From: Acanthaster planci
Lineage: Eukaryota
Length of the DNA stretch: 64,000 bases
Reading direction: 5' to 3'
NCBI RefSeq assembly: GCF_001949145.1
Contig: NW_019091359.1
Coordinates: forward strand, 3,450,431-3,514,430
Shown here: one piece after another, positions 38,674 to 50,199 of the stretch
Numbering within the stretch: position 1 is the stretch's first letter
How the letters are laid out: each line of letters begins with the position of its first letter
Position numbers and translations under genes: made by a program
The notes under the pieces: model-generated
The model's database searches: none
What the model saw: the letters and a program-made list of their open reading frames with translations, nothing else
What the model was told of the DNA's origin: nothing

Positions 38674-39147
38674 GTGGTATTTATGGTGTCTGATACAACT
38701 ACCAGCTTAGTTGGGTTGACTTCTTGGAGTGATTTTAGCAAGAAACATGAGCCATTTTGTGAGTTAAATTTCAATAAAATCTGGTACACAGAGTTATCTG
38801 ATTGCACATAAACGTAATAATTTGAATCCTCCATACTAAAACACCTTGTGATTCGGGGCAAGCTTTTGCATAGTGACCACTATCTTTGGAATGGACTGGT
38901 TCCTTTGTGCAGTTCTTATCTATTGAGAACAGTGTATTGTTGCAAGGCGTCTCTTATGTAAATAAACAAAAGCTTGCCCCGAATCACAAGGTACAGCAAC
39001 AGTGTTTTTAGTATGGAGGATTCAAATTGTTATGTTCATGTGAATGTAAAGAACTCAGTGTACCAGATGTTATTCAACTTTAACTCGCCAAAGGCTTATT
39101 GGCTAGTAACAACCATGGGAATTGGTCACATGCCATAAACACCACCT
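38674..39147. repeat. long imperfect inverted repeat (fold-back)
   Basis: 38761-38867 is reverse-complementary to 38968-39087; weaker outer matches extend to ~38674 and ~39147. Confidence 0.88.
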
Positions 39148-41145
39148 TTTTTGTGAGTAGTGCTCTTCAAGTGAAGACCAACTTGAGTTGGCCCATGAAT
39201 TTAGCTCTAGATTGGCAAAACCTGCCACTGATTATGGCTAGAAGATCCTATCAGTTATATGGCTGTGGCTAGAAATTACGTGAGTTTGCTATAGGGGCCA
39301 ATAGCCAGTAGCCACTTCCAGTCGTAACTTTTCAGCTAGTGGATTTAGACATGGCTTTACTTTACTCAGTTCTGAAGTCCTTCATGGACTGGTAACATCT
39401 GGCACTGGAAGGAACATTGATTGTGTATTTTTTCTTGATTATGATCTCTCAGGGACAAGAACATTTTTGTATTGAAGTAGGAGGTTCTCTACTGATGAAT
39501 CCAGTAGCCATGGTTACATGATCGGTGGGCATTCTTGAAGATCCCTCTCAATGGTGAAAGGCACTGTGGTATGCGTGAACTCCTTAGGAGACATTCTGAA
39601 TATACATGTAATGCAACACCTTTCACTATTGAAAGGAATACCCACCGATGTCTGTGGATTCGTTTACATGCCGGAAGACCCCACTAATGACAAAAACATT
39701 ATATCAGCTGATACACAACGTACCTTCACCCTCATGTTTACAGCAAAGCCTTTGAGAGGATGGGGAGTTACATGTACAAGAGTATAGAGGATTCTTGGTC
39801 CCAGATTAGTCAGTACCACAGCCTCATAGCAAACATCACCCTGTATTGGAAATGTGGGGTACCCACTGTGAGTGCCTATTAACTGTCATTATAAGTGGAA
39901 TAGTTATTTCTGGAATATTGGATCCTGTTTTGGTGATATCAATGCATTTTTTAGCAATAGTACAGATCCTGTTTAATATTTTTATACATTTTAGAGAGGT
40001 GGATAATAAATGGAGAAGTTCAGATGATCAGAATTGTGTGAGAATTGTCATTTATCACTTTTATTACTTTGTTTTCCAGAAAACATTTTCAGTACAGTAG
40101 TAAGATTGACATCAGCCCCCCCCCCCACAAAGTTGCTGCTTTTCAAGCACTTCAATGATAATTATACAAAAACTGGCTACTTTTCAGTGTACATATACTG
40201 TACATACATATTGATTTAGAATCTCTTTTTCATAATGGCAACATTTTTGTAAATCCTTGCAGTTAAATTCTATTTAACATACACTTATGCAAATTACAAG
40301 CAACAAAAGGTTCTCTGCAGGATCAACAAGTTCACTTCTTTGACAAGTTGTTTTATGCACAGGTTTGAATTACGTTAGGTAAAGGCATGATTATAATGCT
40401 TAGTACAAGTGATACCGGTAGCTTTTTGAAACGACATGAAACGGCTCACCAGGAACACTTCAGATAAGGACAAATGAGATTACTGTGAGCAGTGACAGCA
40501 ACCTAAGCATGTCCTGGTTTCTTCAAGGAACAAGTTGCACACCTACTTGAAATTGGTCAGTTTAGAGAAGTCAATGACCCAATTGCATGGTTAGGATCAG
40601 AGAGAGGCTGTATCGGCAAGTTAGGTATTTTTGAATGTATTGGTATGTAATGACTTGCTAATCAACATTATTATGTGTAGGAAAAACATAGTGTAACCTT
40701 GCTTTTGGCTATCCCATGGAGATGTATGAAACATCACAGTCAGAACCACACATGGATACATCTTCAAAGTGGCAATTTAGGCAATAGGCAGGCAATTTAA
40801 AATGCTTTTCAAATTAATAATCCCAATATTCTACCCTTCCAACTAAACCAATGTTTTTATTCCAGAAACTGCTGCCATGGATATATTCTTTACTATTATT
40901 TGCATTTGTAATATCCTACATTTCATCTATCAACTACAGCTAGGCAATATCTTTTGAATATCTTCTTGGTATGGAAACTAAAGAAAAATTGCAAAACTGT
41001 TTCAATTATTAAATCCAGGAAATTTGAGCAACACAGATTTTCATTTGACTGTGCAATACAAAAATTCTTGGACCCCTACCAAAACTGACATCCTTGATAT
41101 TTAGAAGAAACTCCAAAACCTTGATGACACAGGCCATTCAACAAT

Positions 41146-41443
41146 GACTTGAGAATACTGGACTGATTTGAGTCCAATACTTCAACAAGAACTTGAGAAT
41201 ACTGGACTGATTTGAGTCCAATACTTCAACAAGGACTTGAGAATGCTGGACTGATTTGAGTCCAATACTTCAACAAGGACTTGAGAATACTGGACTGATT
41301 TGAGTCCAATACTTCAACAAGGACTTGAGAATGCTGGACTGATTTGAGTCCAATACTTCAACAAGGACTTGAGAATACTGGACTGATTTGAGTCCAATAC
41401 TTCAACAAGGACTTGAGAATACTGGACTGATTTGAGTCCAGTA
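41146..41443. repeat. 44-bp tandem repeat (~6.7 copies) with an internally palindromic unit
   Basis: gacttgagaatactggactgatttgagtccaatacttcaacaag; tggact...agtcca stem. Confidence 0.95.
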
Positions 41444-41601
41444 CTACTACTCAAACAGCAATTCCTCAGTTTTGTATCTATCTTATCCACCTTGCACAGA
41501 AGCACCCCCTAATCAGTTGAAAAAGAGCCATGTTGGTTGGCAATGTAACCGCAATGCATGCATTTCATGAGTGTTTCTGAACCAGCGAAGCGCAGTTCCT
41601 G

Positions 41602-41662
41602 CCAAAGGAGCCTCCATTGCAAGAAAAATTGCGCCTACTCTTGGTTATGCTTGGGGCTCATA
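41602..41662 (+). repeat. ~60-bp dispersed repeat (other copies 52449-52509 and 54440-54500)
   Basis: ccaaaggagcctc(c/t)(a/g)ttgc...aaa(a)t..(t)gc(g)cc...tcttggt...gcttg..gc..at in all three. Confidence 0.7.
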
Positions 41663-42107
41663 GAGTGACGATGTCATGCTCACAACTGTGTGTAGAAGAC
41701 ATTAGCACAAGAACCAGCGTGTGAACCAAAACGTGCACATACTCCCTTCCAGTTTCTGGTTCAAAATGATGTAGCACTTTGGTATTCTATCGATGACAAT
41801 CCAGACATATCACTCATATATCTGCTTTTGACAGAGGATTATCTTCTACTTTGCTAAGCAAGTTTCCCTTTGAAGTTCTTGTGGTGCTATATGCTGGCAT
41901 TAAACTTTATTTATAAAAGAAACTTACATAAAAATCTATTAAAAATTTCACACCAAAATCAAGAAAAATGTATAAAATACATTTATAACTGTTAGATTTT
42001 GTTGCATTTAACAGGTGTTTCTTTAACAAATCACTCATTCAATAGCACCTGCTGAGTGTGCTTCTCATGGAAGATGGAGTTAAGCGTTGATCCTTCTAAA
42101 TTTTCTT

Positions 42108-42134
42108 TCAAAGCCCCATCAATCTTGGCAAAAC
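42108..42134 (-). CDS. IRAK4: IRAK4 terminal coding exon (VLPRLMGL*)
   Basis: gtgtttctgcag|GTT...TGA; AATAAA on the minus strand at ~41906-41911. Confidence 0.8.
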   Translation of the reverse strand, partial: VLPRLMGL

Positions 42135-45100
42135 CTGCAGAAACACAAGAAGTTATAAAAGAAATAAGGATGAACATAAACAACTTAAATGTTCATAGAT
42201 TAAAATCAAGAGGGCGCCCTCAACTGTCCATGGTGTTTTTAATCTATTTAAATGGTATGCCAAGTGTAGAATCTGTGGTTTTTGGTAGGAAATTTGTGTG
42301 CTTTTTAGGAATTTTGAATGTTTTTCGGTCCATTTCACTTTTAAGTTAATTTAGAAATGATGGGATATAGTGTTTTTATTTTAATGATTTTTGTGTTCAT
42401 ATATTTAACATCAAAATAAAACGTCTAGTAAATGAAGATATGAATTTTGAAAAATTCTGAAAATGGAAAATCATGAAAAATGCCCGGCAATGTGTCTTCC
42501 ATGCGCAAACTCCAACCCACATGAATTGGTTAAAGAAAGAAATACAAATATAAACGTGTTACACAGTTGAGTTGAGATTATCTGACTAGAATGGGCTGGA
42601 TTTACACCCAAAAATGTCAGGATAGTCCATCCAGTGTCCAACTAAGAATCATTTCATATTTACAGAACATGAGATCAGCACTCTCGGTTCCCAATATTGG
42701 CAAGAGGATTCCATTCCCTTAAAAAGGCAAGTTTGGGAGCAACTGCATTGTATTTAGATTTATTATCCCTCGAACATTCTCAAAGTCCACTGAATTGTCT
42801 AAAATGTCCCAGGCTAAGAGTTCTAGGCACACTGTACTCTCCTCTCCTGATGAAGAGCACAGCATACTGCTCAAAACGTTGAGTACCACTGGTTCTTTTC
42901 AGAACCGCAAATGCTCACAAAAGAGATACATGTACGTCCATGGTGCTACCGCAAACCTACTTTCTACCACACTGTACTCTGATGTTTTCTTTGTTTGCCA
43001 TATGTAATCAATGCATTACAATGTAAGCCAACGAAAGACCTCTGTTTTGAACATTTGAGGCTTACACATAACTGGGACTGGTTGGTTAATTGCCGTGTTG
43101 GATTGCACTACACAAGCCATTTGTAAGCCTGCCCTGCAAACTTCAAGTGTGATTAGAGAATACTTGTGAGGTCTTAAATAACTCATGAATCACACAACTT
43201 TCACGTCCTTACATCTGCCAGTAATGGCCGTCTCAGTTTCTTTTCCAGACAGTCAGATGCAATATCGTACATCTTCTTTGCCGATGCTTTGTTGTAGGAG
43301 TTATTTAACCTGTGGTCCACAATGCTCAGTATGTCTCCACACTTATCTATGATGACTTCCATGTAAGTGATGATGTCTGTACCTTCTCTGTTTTCGTCTA
43401 AAGGTTCTAGTCCAGTTATTAGCTCCAAAAGAACCTAATAGAAAAAAAATCCAACATAAAGTAAAATGTAACAGGCTAAAAATACTTTACACTTCATGGC
43501 ATAATGGGCATTTGTGAATTTTAGCATCCAAGCTGAAAGTTTTGGCAAGATGTTCCAAAGCATCCTTCCACATCTGTTGACACAATAAGACTAGTTCAGT
43601 GATAATAAGAGAGGCGAAACATTAGGTGGCTAAAGGGTGTTGGATTTCTGCCACAGCTAGTGTAGAATGTTATTAAGCCCCCCCCCCCATGGTCAAAATG
43701 AGATTGCTGGGCATTGAAAGGATGACATAAAATCTCAATAGATAGAAACTTTCTTTGGTTAGGAACAATTCTATGAGGGTTCAATGCAGCTGAACATTGT
43801 CTAAGCTTACCACACCAAAGCTGAAGCTGTCCCCTTTGGGAGAGACTTCTCCGATGCGTGCCTCTGGCGGCATGTAAATGCTAGTCCCAATGATCATACT
43901 GGTGATATGAGTCTTCTTGTCACCTTCTGGTATGGCGCGTACAAGGCCAAAATCGGCCACCTTAGGGTTGAGGTCTGAATCAAGGAGTACATTGGCACTA
44001 GGAGAAAGTGGATGACAATATATGAATGTGTAGTGTAGTGCCATGAGGATGTTTGCACGAAAACTTACAGAGTTGCTAGGAGTTCATCACAATTCCCCAG
44101 GCCTAATATCACACATTTTCTGCTCATATTGTTAGTGTTAAGATTTCAAACTTCTTACAATTTGGAAAGCTCCTTTTTTACACCGAGTGAAAGAAAAACA
44201 ACAACGCAGGTTGAGAAAACTCCCAATATTTACAGTTGACTGACGCCAGAAATATGTACTGCTGTTCTTTGTGAGGATACATCTGTTTATGCATCATAAA
44301 TTTTGCACTATTTGAGTGTGTAACAATTTGAAAGAATTAGCGAAGAGGATTTGAACAATTCTTCTAGAACCAGAGTGACATCAGTGAAACTAATCAAGGA
44401 ATAAAGCCAGGAATTGAACTTACCTCTTGACATCTCTGTGGACGACTCCCTCACTGTGTAGATAGGCCAAACCTTCAGCTGTGCCTTGCGCTATATGAAC
44501 CCTGGATTCCCAAGGTAAGTGTAGAGAGCTGTCTTTGCCGAGTGCACCAAGCAGGGAGCCGTTGCGGAGAAACTGGAAGATGAGGCAAGGTGCTGGGCCA
44601 TCAAAACTGTAGCCGTATAGCTCCACCAGGTTGGGATGCTTTAGTCTGGGGAGTAGCGGGGGATGAATGGTGGAAATAAGCACATTGAGGAATCTGTGAG
44701 ACTGACAATGTGTGAGAACTGACAATCAAAACTTACCTGCCAACTGGCTGATCTTTACAGGTCTGTTTGTTTCATATGGATCTGAATCATAATNNNNNNN
44801 NNNNNNNNNNNNNNNNNNNNNNNNNNNNNNNNNNNNNNNNNNNNNNNNNNNNNNNNNNNNNNNNNNNNNNNNNNNNNNNNNNNNNNNNNNNNNNNNNNNN
44901 NNNNNNNNNNNNNNNNNNNNNNNNNNNNNNNNNNNNNNNNNNNNNNNNNNNNNNNNNNNNNNNNNNNNNNNNNNNNNNNNNNNNNNNNNNNNNNNNNNNN
45001 NNNNNNNNNNNNNNNNNNNNNNNNNNNNNNNNNNNNNNNNNNNNNNNNNNNNNNNNNNNNNNNNNNNNNNNNNNNNNNNNNNNNNNNNNNNNNNNNNNNN

Positions 45101-48100
45101 NNNNNNNNNNNNNNNNNNNNNNNNNNNNNNNNNNNNNNNNNNNNNNNNNNNNNNNNNNNNNNNNNNNNNNNNNNNNNNNNNNNNNNNNNNNNNNNNNNNN
45201 NNNNNNNNNNNNNNNNNNNNNNNNNNNNNNNNNNNNNNNNNNNNNNNNNNNNNNNNNNNNNNNNNNNNNNNNNNNNNNNNNNNNNNNNNNNNNNNNNNNN
45301 NNNNNNNNNNNNNNNNNNNNNNNNNNNNNNNNNNNNNNNNNNNNNNNNNNNNNNNNNNNNNNNNNNNNNNNNNNNNNNNNNNNNNNNNNNNNNNNNNNNN
45401 NNNNNNNNNNNNNNNNNNNNNNNNNNNNNNNNNNNNNNNNNNNNNNNNNNNNNNNNNNNNNNNNNNNNNNNNNNNNNNNNNNNNNNNNNNNNNNNNNNNN
45501 NNNNNNNNNNNNNNNNNNNNNNNNNNNNNNNNNNNNNNNNNNNNNNNNNNNNNNNNGGCACCACTGATTGAAATCAAGATCTGAACAAAACAAACAGGCC
45601 TTGTAAATAAACACTTGACCCGTCATCCAAGAGAACTACGTGCCTCATACTTACATAGACACTAAGTGTACACACACATCTACATCGTGATTTAAAACTG
45701 TGATTAACTTGAAAACAAGGTTCAATATTTCACGGACAAAACAGAGGAATCCATGTTTTCTTTGTGTCTGTGCAAAAAGTTGGATTCCCCTATTAGGTTT
45801 CGTCAGTTCATTGTAAGTGCTTCTAAAGTTAATCAACCTATACATGAACCTAAAGAAAAATTGGACTTTTCCAAATGCACTTCTCACAAACCTCTTCAGC
45901 ATCTGTAATTCATTCTGGTACTGTTTCAGCAACTCGACATCGGAACACTGGAAAACACTCTGTTAAAGTGGATACGGGGTGGAAACAGAAGATAAAATGA
46001 AACTCAAGGAAATTGTTGTCAAAATTTAAAGATGTTCTTATTGCTGTTCACATTCTGACCCCCTCTGTGAAAAATGAGTGATGCCAGAGCCACTCATGAA
46101 AGAATCTTGCACACTTTAAAGCAGTAGGAATCCTCCAAGTTTCACCCTCATGATGTTCGTCAGGATATTAATCTGAGTGATATGTCAAAACAGAGAGCTT
46201 TGATTGCTCTTTCCAATACAAACTAAAACTTCAAAGTGGCTCTAGTCACTTTTGACTCATTTTCACAGAGGTTCATGGCCTCAGGGTGCAAGTCTGCCAG
46301 CAACAACAGAATGAAGAATGACATTTTTCAATTGGGAAACTCTCTGCCACTTAGCTTTGGTAATGCATGTGAACATAGAGGAAGGCTGACTACTGCTATT
46401 AACTCTCCAATGCAACAAGATAATATAGATGTGAATACATCTAAAATCTTTTTACATCCATCAGGGTTAAAGATTTTAAAAGCGTAGAACCAGCTTGCAT
46501 TTCACTTGAGCAAACACTGCACACAAAGTTGGCAGACATTGGCAATGTTTGCATGAGTGATTGAATGTAGTCTGTAATATCATTGTAACTGAGTTGCTGT
46601 TCCATGGACCTACAAAATGCCCTTGAAAAAGAAAATTGCACTTTATTCTTTGACAGCAGAATTATAGGCTAGTACTATGTACATGCTGATCGTGTCAGAA
46701 TTGGCAATGACTGAAGCCCATCACAATTTACTTTGATGAACTAGTTCTTGTACAACAAGTTGCAAGATCAAAGATCTTTCTCTAACCTGCTTCAGCTTCT
46801 TGATAGCACACTCATGGCCATCGCTAAATCTACCGAGGTAGACAGTTCCAAAACCGCCTTCCCCAATCATGTTACCTCCTTGACTTGATGGTGTGTTATT
46901 AAAGGAATCTGTCATGAAGCTCAGACGATTGTAACTGTACTCTTTCACTGAAAATAGAAAAAGTTGGAAATACAGTGTCAAATTCCTTGTTTCAAAGCTT
47001 GAAATTTTACAAGTTCCAGTGAGTGAAAAATAAATGTTGAAGAAGTCTCTTAGAAATTTAAAAGCTCTAAACATACCTTTATCTGGCTCAAAATCTGGCA
47101 AATCACTGGACTCTACTGGAACTGATGTCGACACAGGGGAATCATTGCTTCTTTGGCCTTCTGTGCTCCTACTATGAATTTCTCCCTGGCTCTCTACACT
47201 GCAACTAGTTTATTAACAACAATTACAAGTTTTACAGTTATCTATTTCTGCATCATTTACCGATCAACTACATGTATTTGCTAATGGTGATATTTTGGGC
47301 AGGAAATTTGGACTTTCCAAAAAGGCAATATATAGCAGATAACTCATGGCATACAGTCAAGCACCATGAGTACTAATTTGCAGGAGTCCTTTGAACAGTA
47401 TTCTACAATATATCTTACTGCGCAGGAGTCCTTTGAACGGTATTCTACAATATATCTTACTGCGCACGAGTCCTTTGAACGGTATTCTACAATATATCTT
47501 ACTGCGCACGAGTCCTTTGAACGGTATTCTACAATATATCTTACTGCAACCTCATAGGTTTAACATTTGTTGTGCGCCCACTGCATGTTGTATGCTACCA
47601 CAATGGACTGTGCACAGCGGCCTTCCACATAGACTTATCAGACTTAGTAAGTGTACAAAATAAACAGGCCATTAAATCAGCTGGAGGTGAGTTGTGGCAC
47701 ACTTGGCATTGAAGCCGTTAGCCATGCTTGAACAGGCAGAAAGCCAGATTGTGATCATGTGATCTGTGTAGTGAAATGGTTCAACACTGATGGAAAAATC
47801 TCCATAAAAGTTACCAACGTTACTTTTACATGTGACAGCAAATGGAATCATGTCAAAGATGGACAATTTATCCAAAACTCCTTTTTACAGGTATTTTTTC
47901 AATTTGACGTTTTCTGTTTTGACTCTGTGCATGGTGTTCATACCTTTCAGTGGATGATGAAACTAAACCCGAGTCTCCCAATCTTCTAGACTCGTGAGAG
48001 GTTTGCTGGGCTAGGTTCTTGGCTTTTTGAATGGAATCTAGCCTGCTACTGATTTGCTCCATGTGAGGGTTTGGATTGTTACTAGCATAATTCGACTCAA

Positions 48101-49709
48101 CTGCTGAACCACTCCGATATTCATCTTGGTTGATTGTTGTTGAAGACACGGTGCTTGTAATATTCAGATTTGGGTCCGTCGTGACACCTACAAGAGTTAT
48201 ATTGGTCATTTAGAAATGACAATGATGTTAAAAATTGGCAAAAAATTATGTGACAATGAATACAACTAATACATTTTGTTCGCAAGTCTGAGACATGCAG
48301 TCATTCAAGTTCTGCACCTTCACATCCCTCACACAGCACAGAGTGAATGAGCATTTATGGGTAATTCCAGAGATTAGGGGTCCAAAAGTGTGACAGTTTT
48401 GTGTCCCTGTTACATTTGACCTTTGTTATTTGACATGGAAATATCACCAGAATTGATTTCAAACTATTAGTATTGTTTGGCAAGTAATTTGTATGAATTC
48501 ATCACTCTTGGAAATTACAAAATGTGTTCTGAACTTATAAAATCAAATGTCAGATGTAACAGGGACACGAAAAAAAAATAGACCCCTTACATGTATTCCT
48601 GGAATTCCTTACAACATTAAAGAGCAAGAATAGAGCACTGAAAATGGAGGTTTAAATAAACTGTAAATTTGACAGTCAAAAAGAATCTGCCAAGATGTCT
48701 TTACCAGGCAGAATGACCTCAGCAGCTGCTAAATGACCCATATCAATCAGATGACTGACTAAATCTTGAACGGTGGCATTGACGGTCCCCCAGTCATTAA
48801 TAAGAGCAATGGTAGGACTACCACCAGGCCGTCGATATTCCAAATCAAACACCCTGCCAAATTGAAATCAATGCAATTAATGCAAGCCTGTAGTAAACTG
48901 ATCTCAGCACAAAGCTAGAATTGATTGAACAGTGCATGTTCATGGAGCTGTATGGTCAGGTCTGTCGCTAAGGGGGACTTTGAGGAACCCCCCTCCCCTG
49001 AGCAGTTGTCCCCGATTGGCAAAAATCATGACTGTTCTAATGATGTGCCCTTCAGCTGGTACTATGCCCCCATGCATGAAGCTAGTAACAGGGCTGCGCA
49101 TGGTTTACTCACACGTGGAAAAGAAAGATATCTACACAAGTACAGATGGTGAAAACTGCATTCACACTTAAAATCTAAGTTAAATGTTAAACATTTAATT
49201 TTCAATAATACCTTTGGTGCAGGATACAAAGAAATTTATACTTGCAAACCGCTGTGCTGGTTGATTGAAAAGCACAGATGTATTGCATATATTCAATTCT
49301 GATTTAAAAAAATATTTTTGAACAAAAAGAGAGCAAGTGTGAAACCACGCTGTAAAGATGACTGTATTCTATTGACAGAGGGTTTGGGAGGTCAAAATCT
49401 TTCCTGGATCCTGATGTGTTATAGTTACGATACTGATATTTACCCATGGATGTAACTTAACCCATAAACTAAATGAAATCAATAAAAATCCCAGTGAAGA
49501 AAGAGAAATTGAAATTATCTTTACGCTATCTCTTGTGGTCCATATCTGAGCTGGTCGTCTCCAGGTTTGCGAGGAATTCTACTAGCCAATCCTCTCCAAT
49601 CAACAAATGTGCTATTTGGAGGGTCTAAAAGACGTGCTAACTTGGACAAGCTTTTGTATGGCAAATTCCTCAGTAATGTTGAACCTTGAACTGGTCCACG
49701 CATGGGCAT
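42108..49709 (-). CDS. IRAK4: interleukin-1 receptor-associated kinase 4-like (death domain plus RD Ser/Thr kinase), spliced model ~528 aa
   Basis: Minus-strand exons 49709-49525, 48853-48705, 48187-47944, 47198-47077, 46947-46787, 45959-45892, 44645-44424, 43997-43811, 43434-43213, 42134-42108, with GT-AG introns and consistent phases (1587 nt). Death domain (LARLLDP..DWRGLA..SPTIALINDWGTVNATVQDLV); kinase GGNMIGEGGFGTVY, AIKKL, HPNLVELYG, HRDVKSANVLLD, DFG, GTSIYMPPEA, SFGVVLLELITGL. Confidence 0.93.
43213..43434 (-). CDS. IRAK4: IRAK4 kinase exon (VLLELITGLEPLDENRE...RRPLLAD)
   Basis: tattag| ... gat|gtaagg, 222 nt. Confidence 0.94.
43811..43997 (-). CDS. IRAK4: IRAK4 kinase exon (DFG, activation loop, PPE)
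   Basis: tcctag| ... gtg|gtaagc, 187 nt. Confidence 0.96.
44424..44645 (-). CDS. IRAK4: IRAK4 kinase exon (HPNLVELYG...HRDVK)
   Basis: ccccag| ... gag|gtaagt, 222 nt. Confidence 0.96.
45892..45959 (-). CDS. IRAK4: IRAK4 kinase exon (helix C: LKQYQNELQMLK)
   Basis: taacag| ... gag|gtttgt; an in-frame alternative acceptor lies 12 nt downstream. Confidence 0.88.
46787..46947 (-). CDS. IRAK4: IRAK4 kinase exon (Gly-rich loop, AIKKL)
   Basis: tttcag| ... cag|gttaga, 161 nt. Confidence 0.95.
47077..47198 (-). CDS. IRAK4: IRAK4 linker exon
   Basis: ttgcag| ... aag|gtatgt, 122 nt. Confidence 0.82.
47379..47547. repeat. 42-bp tandem repeat, 4 copies, in an IRAK4 intron
   Basis: gagtcctttgaacggtattctacaatatatcttactgcgcac. 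Confidence 0.95.
47944..48187 (-). CDS. IRAK4: IRAK4 Ser/Thr-rich linker exon
   Basis: cttgtag| ... aag|gtatga, 244 nt, phases 1/2 fit the neighbouring exons. Confidence 0.8.
48374..48589. mobile_element. PIF/Harbinger (Tourist-like) MITE
   Basis: tta|ggggtc ... gacccc|tta (3-bp TTA TSD); inner inverted repeat gtgtccctgttacatttgac / gtcagatgtaacagggacac. Confidence 0.72.
48705..48853 (-). CDS. IRAK4: IRAK4 exon (death domain C-half: SPTIALINDWGTVNATVQDLVVHL)
   Basis: ggcag| ... ctg|gtaaag, 149 nt. Confidence 0.93.
49525..49709 (-). CDS. IRAK4: IRAK4 first coding exon (death domain N-half)
   Basis: ATG at 49709 (or 49703); acceptor at 49791 upstream; donor GC|gtaaag. Confidence 0.88.
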
Positions 49710-50199
49710 ATTTGTTGTTATACGTTGCCTGCTGTTGTGTCTTGACAATCGTTAAAAGTGTATCTTCATCAGTAGTGCAATTACAATGAATCTGTCAAGA
49801 TAAGTCAAGAAAGGAACAAACAGAATGTACATGTATTATTTAGATGCACTTTGTTGACTGTGTGGGAGGTTTTTCTTACTTTTTTTCTGACAAAATTTAA
49901 TTTTCATTGGTCAACTCATTATTATTATTAATTTATTAAGGCAGACTCAAAATATACAACATGCAATATACATACAATAAAAATTATATCCAAAATATAA
50001 TAAAAAAGAGGATCAATACAAGACATCAAACGCTAGCATGCCAACTAGCTGAGCTTGACACAGTAGAGTTCCATATACGGACGCCACTTGACACCCTCTG
50101 CACAAACACTACGGGGCTGGTATAAAAATATTGGTAAGAATGCTGCATCCTGACTCCACTTTCCTCATCATAGGTCTTATATCGTCTCAATAAAAGTCA

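Noticed and set aside
41146..41443. CRISPR-like array of palindromic repeats
   Set aside because: Units are contiguous with no unique spacers, there are no cas genes, and the context is eukaryotic; it is a plain tandem repeat
44726..45626. Long ORFs in the track over N runs (also 22738-23268 and 29529-30075)
   Set aside because: Artefacts of assembly gaps; the IRAK4 and PFKFB core models need no exon inside these gaps
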